From positions 1-22,329 of the forward strand of contig NW_003519425.1 in assembly GCF_000190715.1 (NCBI RefSeq): 22,329 nt of DNA, read 5' to 3'. Below, piece after piece: positions 1 to 10,747 of this stretch. The notes under the pieces were generated by a model, which was given only the letters and a program-made list of their open reading frames with translations, made no database searches and was not told the DNA's origin. Numbering within the stretch: position 1 is the stretch's first letter; each line of letters starts with the position of its first letter. This DNA is from Dictyostelium purpureum. Lineage: Eukaryota. A program made the translations under genes and the position numbers.

Positions 1-394
1 TTTTTATTTTTTTATTTTTATTTTTATTTTTATTTTTTTAAAAAAATTTTTTTTAATTTTTTTTTTTTTTTATTTTAAAATTTTTTATCACACACATTAT
101 CTTAACTTGTTTTTTATATATTATTATATTATTTTTTCATTTTTTTCCAATCATTTTTTTATATTATTTATTAAAATTTAAACATTATCAATATTAATAT
201 TTTAATATAATAATTGTTGTTGTATAGTCTTTTGAAAAAAAAAATTCTTTTAAAATTTTTTTTTCCCATCCTTATTTATATAAACCAAAATAACTTAATA
301 TAAATATAGTTGTATTATTAAAGAAAATTATTGTAATTTATAAAAAAACACAAACACAGATATACAGACAGATAAATAGATAAAAAAAAAAGAA

Positions 395-451
395 ATGTTT
401 AATAAGATTTTGTAAATATTCAATTTAATTTTAATTCTCAAATATCCACAA

Positions 452-521
<70 letters not shown>

Positions 522-1453
522 TTAATAATAATAATAAAAATATAATAATATTAGAAATACGAATTTCTGAATAAATTATTAATCACCTTAATTTTGCAGT
601 AGTAGCGACAAAAACAAAACATTCAAACCAAAAAAGGGTTTTAGCAAAGGGACAAAAAGACACGATTTACATAAACATGCCAAAGCAACACTTGGTTCAG
701 GTAATTTAAGACTTGCTGTTTCACTCCCAGAAAGAGAAGATTTAAATGAATGGCTTGCAGTTAATAGTAAGTTTACAAAGTGACAATACATAGCAATAAT
801 AATAATAATAATAGCAATAGCAGCACAGGGTATTAAATGTAGAGTTGGGATATAAATACAGTATTTTTAAAAAAAAGATTGGATATGTGGAATCATCATA
901 GCACCATTACAATGTTTATACAAAAATCAAAAGAGAAATTAATGGATAAATATACTAATTATTATTTTTATTTTTAATTTTAGCTGTTGACTTTTTCAAT
1001 CAAATAAATTTACTTTATGGATCAATTACAGAATTTTGTACACCAAAAACATGTGAGGTTATGTCAGCAGGACCAAAATATGAATACTTATGGGCTGATG
1101 GTGAATCTGTCAAAAAACCAATTAAAGTATCCGCACCAGACTATGTAGAATATTTAATGACATGGGTACAAGGTATTCTTGATGACGAAAATATTTTCCC
1201 ATCTCGTGTCGACGTACAATTCCCTAAAAATTTCCAATCAATCGTTAAAAATATCTTTAAGAGATTATTTAGAGTTTATGGTCATATTTACTATTCCCAT
1301 TTCACAAAGATTGTTTCATTAGGCGAAGAAGCTCATCTCAATACATGCTTTAAACACTTTTATTTCTTCATTGTAGAATTTAATTTGGTCGATAAAAAAG
1401 AAATGCTTCCACTTCAAGATCTTATTGATAATTTAACTAAAAGCAGCACATAA
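395..1453 (+). CDS. mobB: MOB kinase activator (Mob1/phocein family), 3 exons: join(395..411,600..766,984..1453)
   Basis: Spliced translation [101 protein letters not shown]... is near-colinear with human MOB1A from its start ([66 protein letters not shown]). Donors are gtaaat (412) and gtaagt (767); acceptors are ttgcag (599) and ttttag (983). The ATG at 395 is preceded by an A-run. Stop is taa at 1451-1453. The gene symbol is recalled from the adjacency of mobB and lig4 in D. discoideum and is not certain. Confidence 0.85.
447..537. repeat. (AAT)n trinucleotide microsatellite of about 30 units in the 5' flank / first intron of the MOB1 gene
   Basis: Uninterrupted aataataat... run is directly visible in the sequence. 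It lies inside the intron (412..599) of the MOB1 gene model. Confidence 0.9.
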
Positions 1454-2307
1454 TAGCAATAGTAACATTCATTTTCATAATTTAATATTAAAAAAAAACT
1501 AAAATAATAACAAAAAAAAAAAAAAAAAAAGAAAAATTAAAATATCAAGCTCTTTTATTTTTTTATTAAATTTTTAAATAATAATCTATTTCTCTTTATT
1601 TTATTTTTATTTTTTAACAATCAGTTATTCACATAATCAAAATCAAAATCAAAAAAAAAGATATTATTAAAAAAATTTTAAAGAAAAATAGAAAAAAATA
1701 AAAAATAAAAAATAAAAAACCAATTTTAAAATTGATTAAAAAAAAATTTACCCTTCTTTTTCATAATTGTATAATAAGTAAGTGAATCTCTTTATTTTAT
1801 TTAATCATATTTTATTTTTATTTGTTATTATATCAATTACACACTCGACCACCACCACATTTAAAATTTAGAATTATGGTAATAATTTTGTAATATTTTG
1901 ATGATTTGGTTAAGATTTTAAAAAAAAATAATAATTAAATCTATAGTTTATAATTATATAAATAAGGTTAAGTTGAGTTGTGTTATCATATATGATAGCA
2001 GTACCTAAAAAAGAAAGAAAGTAATTAAAAAATAAATAAAAAAAGATCACAAAAAATAAAAAATTATTGAAAAACCTGGGTTTATAAAGCATGGTTTTTT
2101 AAATATTTTTAAAAATAATTATTTTCTTTATTAAATTTAAATTTGATTGTTGTGGGAGTGTGTGCATAAGTTAATTTTAACACAGGTTATAATTATAACC
2201 TTATTTAAAAATACTATTGTCTAAAAATTAATTTTTATCTTTTTTTTGTGTTTTTTATTTTTTTTTTATTTTTATTTTTTTATTTTTTATATTAAAAAAT
2301 ATAGATA

Positions 2308-2824
2308 ATGTTATTGATGGGATTAATTTTAATTTTATTTTTATTATTCCTAAATATGGAAATAAATAATGGTTTGTAAAATAATTAATTTCTTTTTTGT
2401 ATAATTATTTTTTTTAATTAAATTTTTATTTTATTAAAAATTTTTATTTTTTTTTGTTTCGAAATAAGAAAAAGTATAAATAGAAGGTTTAATTTTTTAA
2501 AATAAAATACAAGTTAAAAGGACAACTTTGCATTTAATAATTTATAGAAAATGACAATTGTTAATAGTATTAAAAGTATAATTTATAATTTGGGATTTAA
2601 TAAAAAGTGATTTGTTGCTTATTTTTTTAATTTTTAATTTTTTTATAGATATAACATCCTTTGAAAACTCTTCAAAGAAAGGTCCCACAATGGAAGGCCT
2701 CCATTCATCTATTATAAATTTTGGAAAAAATATATTAACACAAACAAATTTTTGTAATTCTGGTTGGAATACATCTCCTTTTGGGTTCCATAAAAATAAT
2801 TGTTATCATGGTAATGAATATTAG
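2308..2824 (+). CDS. Hypothetical small secreted Cys-containing peptide. Either 2 exons, join(2308..2371,2649..2824), or a single exon starting at ATG 2689.
   Basis: In the two-exon model, exon 1 encodes a hydrophobic signal-like MLLMGLILILFLLFLNMEINN followed by donor g|gtttgt. The ttttatag acceptor at 2641-2648 restores the frame into ...ITSFENSSKKGPTMEGLHSSIINFGKNILTQTNFCNSGWNTSPFGFHKNNCYHGNEY*. In the single-exon model, a tataaatag TATA-like element at about 2476 would drive a 44-aa product from MEGLHSS. The downstream segment is GC-richer than its flanks. There is no recognisable homology. Confidence 0.25.
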
Positions 2825-3015
2825 AAGGTTTAAGTTTAATAAATAAATATAAATAGTTAAAAAATTAAATAAAAAATAAAATATTATGTACAAAAAAGAT
2901 TTAGTTTTATTTGCTTTTTTAAATGTTGCCCCATTAATATTCTATTTTTCACCCACCAAAATTAAATTTTTTTTTTTTGATTTTACAGTTTCTATATTTT
3001 GTGGGAGTTGTATGA

Positions 3016-6000
3016 TTATTTTATGTTGTCAATTAAATTTTTTATCCAATTTGGGTTTATAATTTCAATTTGGTTTAGTTTTTTAATTGAGTTAATTTTG
3101 TTATTAATGAATGGGATTCTAGATTGATCAGATTGGTCTATGACAACATGGGTCACTGTATCATTTAATTGCAATGAAACTGTACCACCATAAAACTCAA
3201 TATATAGGCTTGATAGTTCTAAATTATTATTTTCAATAAGGGTTGAAGGTTCTCCTATAACTTGATATCTATCTAAATAAAATACATTTGGTTTAAACAG
3301 CGTCCACCAGCAATTTTTTGAAAAATATTTTAATTCAATAATTGATTTGTCTATGCTAAATTGTTCATTATTTAATAACTTTTGATTTTTATTACCTTTT
3401 ATTATTTGTTTATTATTATTGATATTGGTACTATTACTATGATTGCAATTTTCTTTATCGACTTGATTAAAACAATCTTTTAGTTCACTAAAATTTGTTT
3501 CGTTAAAATAAGAGTCGCCAAAAGGATCAGATTCTAATAAAAATTTCTTTTTTGTGGATTCTGTAGTAAATATCATATATTTTGGACCTAATGGTATTAA
3601 TTTCTGTTCATTGTAGCAATCTACGACCCATTGAAATAATACTATATCAAAGAAACCAGATGAAATTAAATTTTGAATTTTAACCACTTCTTTTGATCCT
3701 ATTACATAGTGTGTATTGTTTTTTGAAGGATTTTGAACTTTTGTACCACCCAATTCCACTATCATAATTTCTAATTTCGATTTTGTATATTGTTGGTTAC
3801 CCTTTATAACACAAAACTCGAGACCTTGAAATATATTTTGGATTGGAACAATATTTGAAGTGTCGGTGTCTTGAAATATTGATAATACCTTTAATTTTCC
3901 TGGACCAGATCCTGCTTCACTAATACCATTAATTTCTAATTTCCTTTTCTTTTGAGTCGTTGTTTTGATACTATTATTATTTAATAAGGTTTTAAATTTA
4001 AAGTCATTATTTTGAAAGTTTTTATAAAGTTCTAAAATATCTGAAAAAGTTGAACAATCTTGCCATGATTTATCGTCACGTATTTTTAAAACTCTAGGGA
4101 ATCTTAAAGTATAGCCTGCTTTATATTTTTCAGTTGGATTTAATTGGGCCGCTTTTATTTGGACTACCTTTGAAAACTTTCTTGGATCAATCCATACGTC
4201 GGGTTTTTCTTTAAATGGTTCCGCTAATTGAATACAGGATGGTGGTTTATTTGTATTAAATGGGCTCCAATGGGGATCCAGCTCCTTTTGAAGTATTTTT
4301 AGTTGCTCGTCAGTATAACCAGAGCCAACTTTGCAAAAAGAATAAAATACAACTTTTTCTTGAAGAGACTCTTCGTCCACTACATCATCTGGACAGTATG
4401 CTACACCCAACATGAAATGAGAAATTGTGCCGCCTCTTCTATTTATACCACTTCCATAATAGCCACCAATAATAACAAGATCAAAATCATCACCCATACC
4501 ATCTAAATACTCTGGTTTGATTTTAATCCATTTTTCTTTTCTTTCTGCTGGTACATAGAACGAGTTTAAATCTTTAAGCATTAAACCCTCCTCTCTATTC
4601 ATAATTGCTGCATCTAATTGACCCAATACTTCTTGTACTGTTGATACTGGAGTTTGTTCACTGATTTCGAATTGTTTATCTTTTACATTAATACATCTCT
4701 TTAAAAGCATTGTACGTTGGGCTAATGGCAGGGGCATGACACTTTTATCTTTAACAAAGAGAATATCAAAAGCAATATAGCATAGCTGTTTGCCATAATT
4801 TGCGCCCAATGGGTCTCCACTACCTGAAATACCATCTTTGTTTAAAGCTAATGTTTTAAGTTTACCAAAATCCTCAAATCTTTGTGTAACTGTATCCCAT
4901 ACGATTAATTCACCATCTAGTATACACTTATCTGCTAGAACACATTCTTTAACAATCGGTAATAACAGTGACCCATAGATAAACGTTGTATCATTTGTAT
5001 TTCTTGAATAGAATCTAATATCATTGCCATCTTTGTGAATTTGGGTTCTTTCCCCATCATATTTTTTTTCGATTATATATGATGTAGTGGACGGGCCAAG
5101 ACCGTTGCTAGATGGAACATGATAGGGGTTATTGTCTAAAATCGAAAACAAATAATCTATAGGCTTTCTATCAGCTAGCATTGGTCTAATTGCATTGAAT
5201 GTTTCAATTTTTAAATTATGAATATCTAATACGGTTGCATTTGAGGTTACTGGTTTTTGTTCATCCTTTAATTTCTTTTGTTCTTCAGGAGACATATAAA
5301 ATAAATTGCTGCATACTAGTCTTAAATTTGAAGTGATACTAAGATGGTCCATGGCTGATGGATGAAAAAATTTTAGTGCTGTCTTTTCATTTAAACCCAT
5401 TTTCATTTCTTTTAAAATTAATCTAACAAACCACTTTTGTTCCTGTGCAGTACTTGAACGTAATACTTTTTTCAATATTAATGCCTTTGATTTATTGTCG
5501 TCAACTTGATTTAGTCTATCAAGAGCTTCATTAATATCACCCATTGACAAAATTCCTTTTTCTAGACATCTGTTCTTTAAAGATAGGTATATGGCACTTC
5601 CAAAATCACCACCAATTTCATCAGCATTGGTCGATTTCCTCCAGTTTAATAATCTTGTTGCATCTTGACTCTCTACAGATATATTTAAAAGTTCTACATA
5701 AAGCCTTGCTAGAGTCTTTTCTTTAATACCATAAGTATTTCTATCACGGTCCATATGAGGTAACAGTAATCTTAACAATTGAAAATAATTATTTGGTTCC
5801 TCTTTATACTTTGAGAAAAATATTGATAGATATTTCTTTTTATTACTAATTTTGGTATCGTTGATAATCTTGTCTAATAAATTACAAAATGTAGTGAATG
5901 GTACTGTTTTTTGATATTTATAGTCATTGATTTGATTTTGATTTTGATTTCTAACATTAATTTTATTATCTTTAAATGCTTTAATAATATCATTATCATC

Positions 6001-6255
6001 TATATCTTTTTTAGAATTCTTAATCGGTGAATTTATTTTTTGCTGTTGTTGTTGTTGTTGCAGTTGTTGTTGTTGAGGTGTAGATATTATTGGTTGTTGA
6101 TCACTGATATTGTTATTATTGTAATTGTTATTTATAAAAGCATTATATAGATTGTTTTTACTATTATCATTTATATTTTGTGTATTATTTTTTGTTTCTT
6201 CATTTTCTTCTTCATCTTCGCTAAGAAAAAGTGATAATCTATCCATTAGCGCCAA
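3016..6255 (-). CDS. lig4: ATP-dependent DNA ligase IV (NHEJ ligase), 1079 aa, single exon
   Basis: Continuous ORF containing the adenylation motif region IEKKYDGERTQIHKDGNDIRFYSRN (human LIG4: [25 protein letters not shown]). The N-terminal DNA-binding domain carries the RLLLP..YGIKE..LARLYVELL..GDFG signatures. Conserved blocks include EGLMLKD and WIKIKPEY. The C-terminal half carries two BRCT-like modules (YVIGSKEVVKIQNLISSGFFDIVLFQWVVDC... and VIDQSDQSRIP...), which is the Lig4 architecture. A long N/Q-rich N-terminal extension is specific to this organism. Confidence 0.9.
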   Translation of the reverse strand: MALMDRLSLFLSEDEEENEETKNNTQNINDNSKNNLYNAFINNNYNNNNISDQQPIISTPQQQQLQQQQQQQKINSPIKNSKKDIDDNDIIKAFKDNKINVRNQNQNQINDYKYQKTVPFTTFCNLLDKIINDTKISNKKKYLSIFFSKYKEEPNNYFQLLRLLLPHMDRDRNTYGIKEKTLARLYVELLNISVESQDATRLLNWRKSTNADEIGGDFGSAIYLSLKNRCLEKGILSMGDINEALDRLNQVDDNKSKALILKKVLRSSTAQEQKWFVRLILKEMKMGLNEKTALKFFHPSAMDHLSITSNLRLVCSNLFYMSPEEQKKLKDEQKPVTSNATVLDIHNLKIETFNAIRPMLADRKPIDYLFSILDNNPYHVPSSNGLGPSTTSYIIEKKYDGERTQIHKDGNDIRFYSRNTNDTTFIYGSLLLPIVKECVLADKCILDGELIVWDTVTQRFEDFGKLKTLALNKDGISGSGDPLGANYGKQLCYIAFDILFVKDKSVMPLPLAQRTMLLKRCINVKDKQFEISEQTPVSTVQEVLGQLDAAIMNREEGLMLKDLNSFYVPAERKEKWIKIKPEYLDGMGDDFDLVIIGGYYGSGINRRGGTISHFMLGVAYCPDDVVDEESLQEKVVFYSFCKVGSGYTDEQLKILQKELDPHWSPFNTNKPPSCIQLAEPFKEKPDVWIDPRKFSKVVQIKAAQLNPTEKYKAGYTLRFPRVLKIRDDKSWQDCSTFSDILELYKNFQNNDFKFKTLLNNNSIKTTTQKKRKLEINGISEAGSGPGKLKVLSIFQDTDTSNIVPIQNIFQGLEFCVIKGNQQYTKSKLEIMIVELGGTKVQNPSKNNTHYVIGSKEVVKIQNLISSGFFDIVLFQWVVDCYNEQKLIPLGPKYMIFTTESTKKKFLLESDPFGDSYFNETNFSELKDCFNQVDKENCNHSNSTNINNNKQIIKGNKNQKLLNNEQFSIDKSIIELKYFSKNCWWTLFKPNVFYLDRYQVIGEPSTLIENNNLELSSLYIEFYGGTVSLQLNDTVTHVVIDQSDQSRIPFINNKINSIKKLNQIEIINPNWIKNLIDNIK

Positions 6256-6532
6256 AATTAAAAGAAATTTTTTTTTTTTAAATTAATATTTTTAAAAAAA
6301 AAAATTTTATTTATTTTTTTTTTTATTTATTTTTTATTGGTAATTTAGATATTCTTTTAAAAATCATTTTATATTTCTGTGACAATAAAATAATAAATCT
6401 TTTGTGGTGTATAAAAAAATACATTCACACATGTGCCAATTTTTTTAATGATTAAAGATTAGACTGCCTCAAGATTCTAATAAATAAAAAACATTTAAAG
6501 GTTATCTAAAAAGTATTTATTTTAAATTATTT

Positions 6533-9191
6533 TTAAATTAAAGTTGAAATTAAGAAACATAAAACTAAACCAATTGAAAAGTTTAATTTTAATGATGAAT
6601 TGACACTTTCACTTTCATCGACGGATGAGTCATCTACTGATGAATGTTTGCTGCTATCTGATGGTGATGATGATGATGATGATGATGATGAAGGAACTTC
6701 GAATGGTGGAAGAACATTTTGAATGGTAGCAGTGCCGCCATATATTTGGCCATCAATAATTAAAATAAAATTAACAACACCTGTGTCTTTTGTAGTTGGA
6801 TATTTAAAAGTAAGAGAGTCGGCAGTGAGTGATACGATCGAGCATGAAACGTCACCAATTAATAATTGAACTTTTGAGATGTCGGCTTTAACAAATTCAC
6901 CTTGAACGGTAACAGTTGAACCATTGTTGGTAACAATAATATTTTCAGTTGTAACAATAATGTTTTTAGATTTAAATGTAAAAGTAGAAACATTTGAAGT
7001 TTGACCACCAATCTTTACACTAATTGTAAATGTTTGGCCCTCGGCAATGGTAGGTTCACTGTTATCAAAGACTAAATGTGGTGCACCTGTTAAATATGCT
7101 GGTAAACTGTATAAAACATTAGAAATGTTGGCTTGGTTGTCGGTGCTTGTATAGTCAAAACCGGATCCAATGAAAAAGATGGATTGATTTTGGGGAATAT
7201 AAAGGTATGATGAGATAGATGGTGCAGCATAGTGATATTTAATGGTTAATGTTTGATGATTAAAGAATGTTATATCTACTTGTTTGTTATCTTCACGATT
7301 ACCACCAAAGAATGGTTGGGTGAAGATTTTAATTCTATTGTTAAGAATATCAAAGCCACTGTTAATAGTATCTCCAGTGATTGTAACATCAAAACCTAAA
7401 TCATGACCGGTAATGTAAATAATATCACCAGCGGTTTCAACAGAGTAAATGCTGTTGTTTGGTTGATCAATTTTGAAATTTGCTTTATGAATTATTAAAT
7501 ATAAAAAATTTAAATTATTTTTTATAAATTAAAAAAATTATTAATATCTTAAAATTATAAATATTAAAACCAAATTTTATGGTATGATATACTTACGACA
7601 TGATGCTGGAGATATTATAGTAAAGTCTGGAAATTGATTTGGAATAATGTTGTTTCTGATTAAGATATCAGTGGTACAAACATAACATGATGGTGGTTGT
7701 GTAAATAAGTTAGATTTGATGTTAACACCTGAAAATGGTACTTTACATAATTCATCTGGGAGGGCACCTGATAACTACAGTTTTTTAATAGAGTAAATAT
7801 ATGTTTAATATTAAATAATAATAAATAATAATAAAAATGAACAATGCCTACTTTAGTACCAGCAATATCAACAGAAACGAGTCTATTGAAATCAAAACCA
7901 TTGAATGTAGGTTCTTGAATTGGCTCGATGTTAGTTAATTGAATTTTATTACAATTTCTTAAATCAATATAATCGATTCTTGTATTGACATAGGCTATAT
8001 CGCTACAAATAATAAATTAAAATAGTTAATAAATAATATAATAATTTTTTTATTAAAATACACTAATAAATACATACCAATCAGTATCTTCTGGTAATCT
8101 AATGCAATCTGAACAATTTTTGTAAGTGATTTGACTGTTTGCTACAATGCTAAAAGAAGTAAACGATAAATTAATATAAGTTTTATAAAACTTTAATGAA
8201 ATTTAATTTAATTAGGTTTAATACAAACAATTGTAATTTTCCTTTTTGATTTTGACTTAAATCTAATACTTGACCTTGATTGAAAACAAAATTATCACCA
8301 TAAACAGAGAAAAAATGTAATTTTGTGAGTTTTGAAAAGTCTGGGAAATAAATTGGTTTGGTAAGTGTAGTGGTAAAGTTTTCTGAAAATTGGAAGCTTA
8401 AAGTTGTAAGACTTTCGAAACTAAATGAACCCATATAGCTTGCTGGAACAATATTACCATTGTATGTTGTTTCTGACCAATAGATAATCATTGAAGTAAT
8501 ACTTGGGAAGATAGTATCGAGTGATGGAAAACCACTTGGTGGGAGTGGGAATTTAATGTCGTAAAGATTTGAGTTTGTGCTGAAAATACCACTTAAAGAA
8601 AAATCAATAACGTTAAAAACTCTAAGAGTTGTAACTTTTGAAGAAACCCATTTAGCATAAAAGACACCTTTAAAGTTTTGAAAATCGATTGTTGTTAAAG
8701 TACTTGGTAAATTAACATTGGCACTTTCTATAAGGGTATAAGTTTGGCTTTTTTTTTTTTTATTTATTTTGTAAAATAATTAGTATTTATTTAATAATAA
8801 AAGTTTTTTATTTCTAAAGTACATACATGGTTTTTAAGCTGTTTAAACCAGAGATTTGAGTTAAAATATTAGAGTGTCCAAATGCATATTTGCCTAATTT
8901 TAATATTTCAAGGTGAGAAAATACACTAAAATCAACATCTTCTAAACTAAATGCCCAATTTGGGAAGCTGCTGAGATCAATATTAATGATATATCCTTTA
9001 TTACTATCGCAACCAAATTGATAACATGGGTCGTAGCTAGGACCCTGGGCTATTTTCATTAAATCCATTAATTTATTTGCTTGAACTATTTCATTTGGAT
9101 CAACCAAAGCGGCATTACCAATTTGAAAAATTGATACAATAAAAATACAAAATAATGAAAAATAATTTATTTTATTCATTTCTTTAAACAA
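6533..9191 (-). CDS. Secreted, probably GPI-anchored cell-surface protein with LRR-like N-region and IPT/TIG-like (Ig-fold) repeats. 6 exons: join(9191..8827,8747..8229,8149..8078,8002..7852,7774..7597,7482..6536), stop 6535..6533.
   Basis: The N-terminus MFKEMNKINYFSLFCIFIVSIFQIGNA is a signal peptide. The exons are open and protein-like in one frame each. Hand-traced junctions are: donor gtatgt at 8826 with acceptor aaag at 8748; donor gtttgt at 8228 with acceptor ttttag at 8150; donor gtatgt at 8077 with acceptor tgtag at 8003; donor gtaggc at 7851 with acceptor ctgtag at 7775; donor gtaagt at 7596 with acceptor aaag at 7483. The last exon encodes repeated beta-rich modules (..ITGHDLGFDVTITGDTINSGFD.., ..TFTISVKIGGQTSNVSTFTFKSKNIIVTTENIIVTNNGSTVTVQGEF.., ..LTFKYPTTKDTGVVNFILIIDGQIYGG..). 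It then encodes a poly-Ser stalk (SSSSSSSSPSDSS, from the GAT repeat at 6660-6690) and a hydrophobic C-tail LKLNFSIGLVLCFLISTLI*, which is a GPI-signal-like arrangement as in Dictyostelium contact-site-A type adhesins. Two donors (gtttgt, gtaggc) are non-consensus, so individual boundaries may be off by a few bases. Confidence 0.6.
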
Positions 9192-10016
9192 ATATTTATT
9201 ATGATTAAAACAATATTTTTTTTGATGGAAAGAAAAAAAAAAAAAAATTTATTTAAAAAAAAAAAAATAAAAAATTTTGGTCTAAAATGAAAAAAAAATC
9301 TTGATATTTGTTTTTTTTTCGTATTCAAAAAACCATGGGAAAATTGTTTTATTTATTTAGGTTTTAAAGGGGATATTATTTTTTTGGAGAGTTTTTTATA
9401 TTGATAGGCATTAGTTTTAAATAAAAAAATTTAGAAAATAAAATAAAATAAAAATAACTTATTTTTTTAAAAAAAAAAAATGGTGTGATGTGTTTGATGG
9501 GTATCAATTATTTGTGATAGTTGATTCCATTTGTTTATAATAAAAAATTGTGTTTTTGGTGAATTTTTATATTTTTTTAATTAATTTTTTTTTTTGATTT
9601 AATTTTAAAAATAATTATTTGAATTTTTTAAATTTAAAAACTATTAAAAATATCCCAATAGAAAAAACTATTCTTTTAATAGAAACCTAACAAATAAAAT
9701 CTATTTGATAAATATTAAAATTATTTTTATTTTTAGTTATACAATTTATTAAATCAATTTTATTACTTTATTATAAAACACTTAAAAAATAAAAAAAATG
9801 CTTTTATAATATTAATTTCTGTTTTATTAATTTTTAAAAATGTGTTTATTTGTTAAAGATTAGGGGCTTTTAACTATAAATATTTTGTTTTTTTATGAAA
9901 AATGTAATAAAAATTTATTTTTTTTTTTATTTTTTTTATTTTATTTTTTTTATTTTTTTTTTATTAATATAAAATAATTTATTAGTTGTATAATTATAAA
10001 TATAATAATAATAATA

Positions 10017-10508
10017 ATGGATAATATGCATTCAAATGATTTATTAAAAAATTTGAGTTCAGATGAACCATACAAACCATATATTAATAAAAGAAAAAAG
10101 GAATATATTGAAAATGAAAAAAAAGCTAAACTCGCAATGCTTGATAATCAAAATCAAGTATCTTATTCTTCTACTCAACCAAATCAAACATTTGATAGTA
10201 TTCATAATGATAAAGACAAATCTATCCCATTTCAAAATTCAATAGAAAACAATAATTGGTACAATCCTTCCTCTCCATCATCTCAATCACCAAAAGAAAC
10301 AATAAATTGGTTTGATGGACCCTTATCAAATGAATTAATGCCACGACAAAACATCCATTCGAATTCAACTCAATTAAATGAAACAAATAATAAAACAACA
10401 AATAATAATTATAAAAAAAACAATTCATTTTATAGAAATAATAAAAACCATAAAGATTTAAATAGTGATGAAATTTCTGACTTTAATAAATTAAAATATA
10501 AAGATTAA
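10017..10508 (+). CDS. Hypothetical Asn/Ser/Gln-rich low-complexity protein (163 aa)
   Basis: Complete ORF MDNMHSNDLLKNLSSDEPYKPYINKRKKEYIENEKKAKLAMLDNQ... It is preceded by an AT-rich putative promoter and followed by a 240-bp spacer before UBA5. Its composition is typical of Dictyostelium low-complexity proteins. No homology is recognisable, so it could be non-coding. Confidence 0.35.
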   Translation: MDNMHSNDLLKNLSSDEPYKPYINKRKKEYIENEKKAKLAMLDNQNQVSYSSTQPNQTFDSIHNDKDKSIPFQNSIENNNWYNPSSPSSQSPKETINWFDGPLSNELMPRQNIHSNSTQLNETNNKTTNNNYKKNNSFYRNNKNHKDLNSDEISDFNKLKYKD

Positions 10509-10747
10509 TTAGTAAATTTTTAAAATAATATAGAAATAAATAATTTAGAATTTTTTTCTTTTTTGGATAGAACCAAACTAAAATTTATCTTTTTTTTTTT
10601 TTCATTTATTTTTCATATTTATTTTTTTTATTTATAAATTAAAAAATTTTCAAATTAAAATTTTTATCTTTTTTTTTTATTTTTTGTTTTTATAATTTTT
10701 TATATTTTTTTTTTTTTTTTTTTTCAAAATTAATAACATCATATAAA

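Noticed and set aside
588-791. 67-aa ORF on the minus strand
   Set aside because: It lies antisense to exon 2 of the MOB1 gene, whose plus-strand translation matches human MOB1A residue by residue. It is an antisense artefact.
1910-2092. 60-aa Phe/Tyr/Asn-rich minus-strand ORF
   Set aside because: It is pure AT-rich intergenic sequence giving a chance open frame with extreme low complexity.
4303-5726. Plus-strand ORFs 4303..4506 and 5544..5726
   Set aside because: Both are antisense to the well-supported lig4 coding sequence.
8183-9191. Treating track ORFs 8183..8491 and 8814..9191 as two separate small genes
   Set aside because: Both ORFs end in stop codons lying just downstream of splice donors (gtttgt, gtatgt). 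Splicing joins them in frame into one 6-exon gene.
10063-10428. ORFs 10063..10245 (+) and 10222..10428 (-)
   Set aside because: They are alternative-frame or antisense overlaps of the 10017..10508 ORF in low-complexity sequence, with no independent support.
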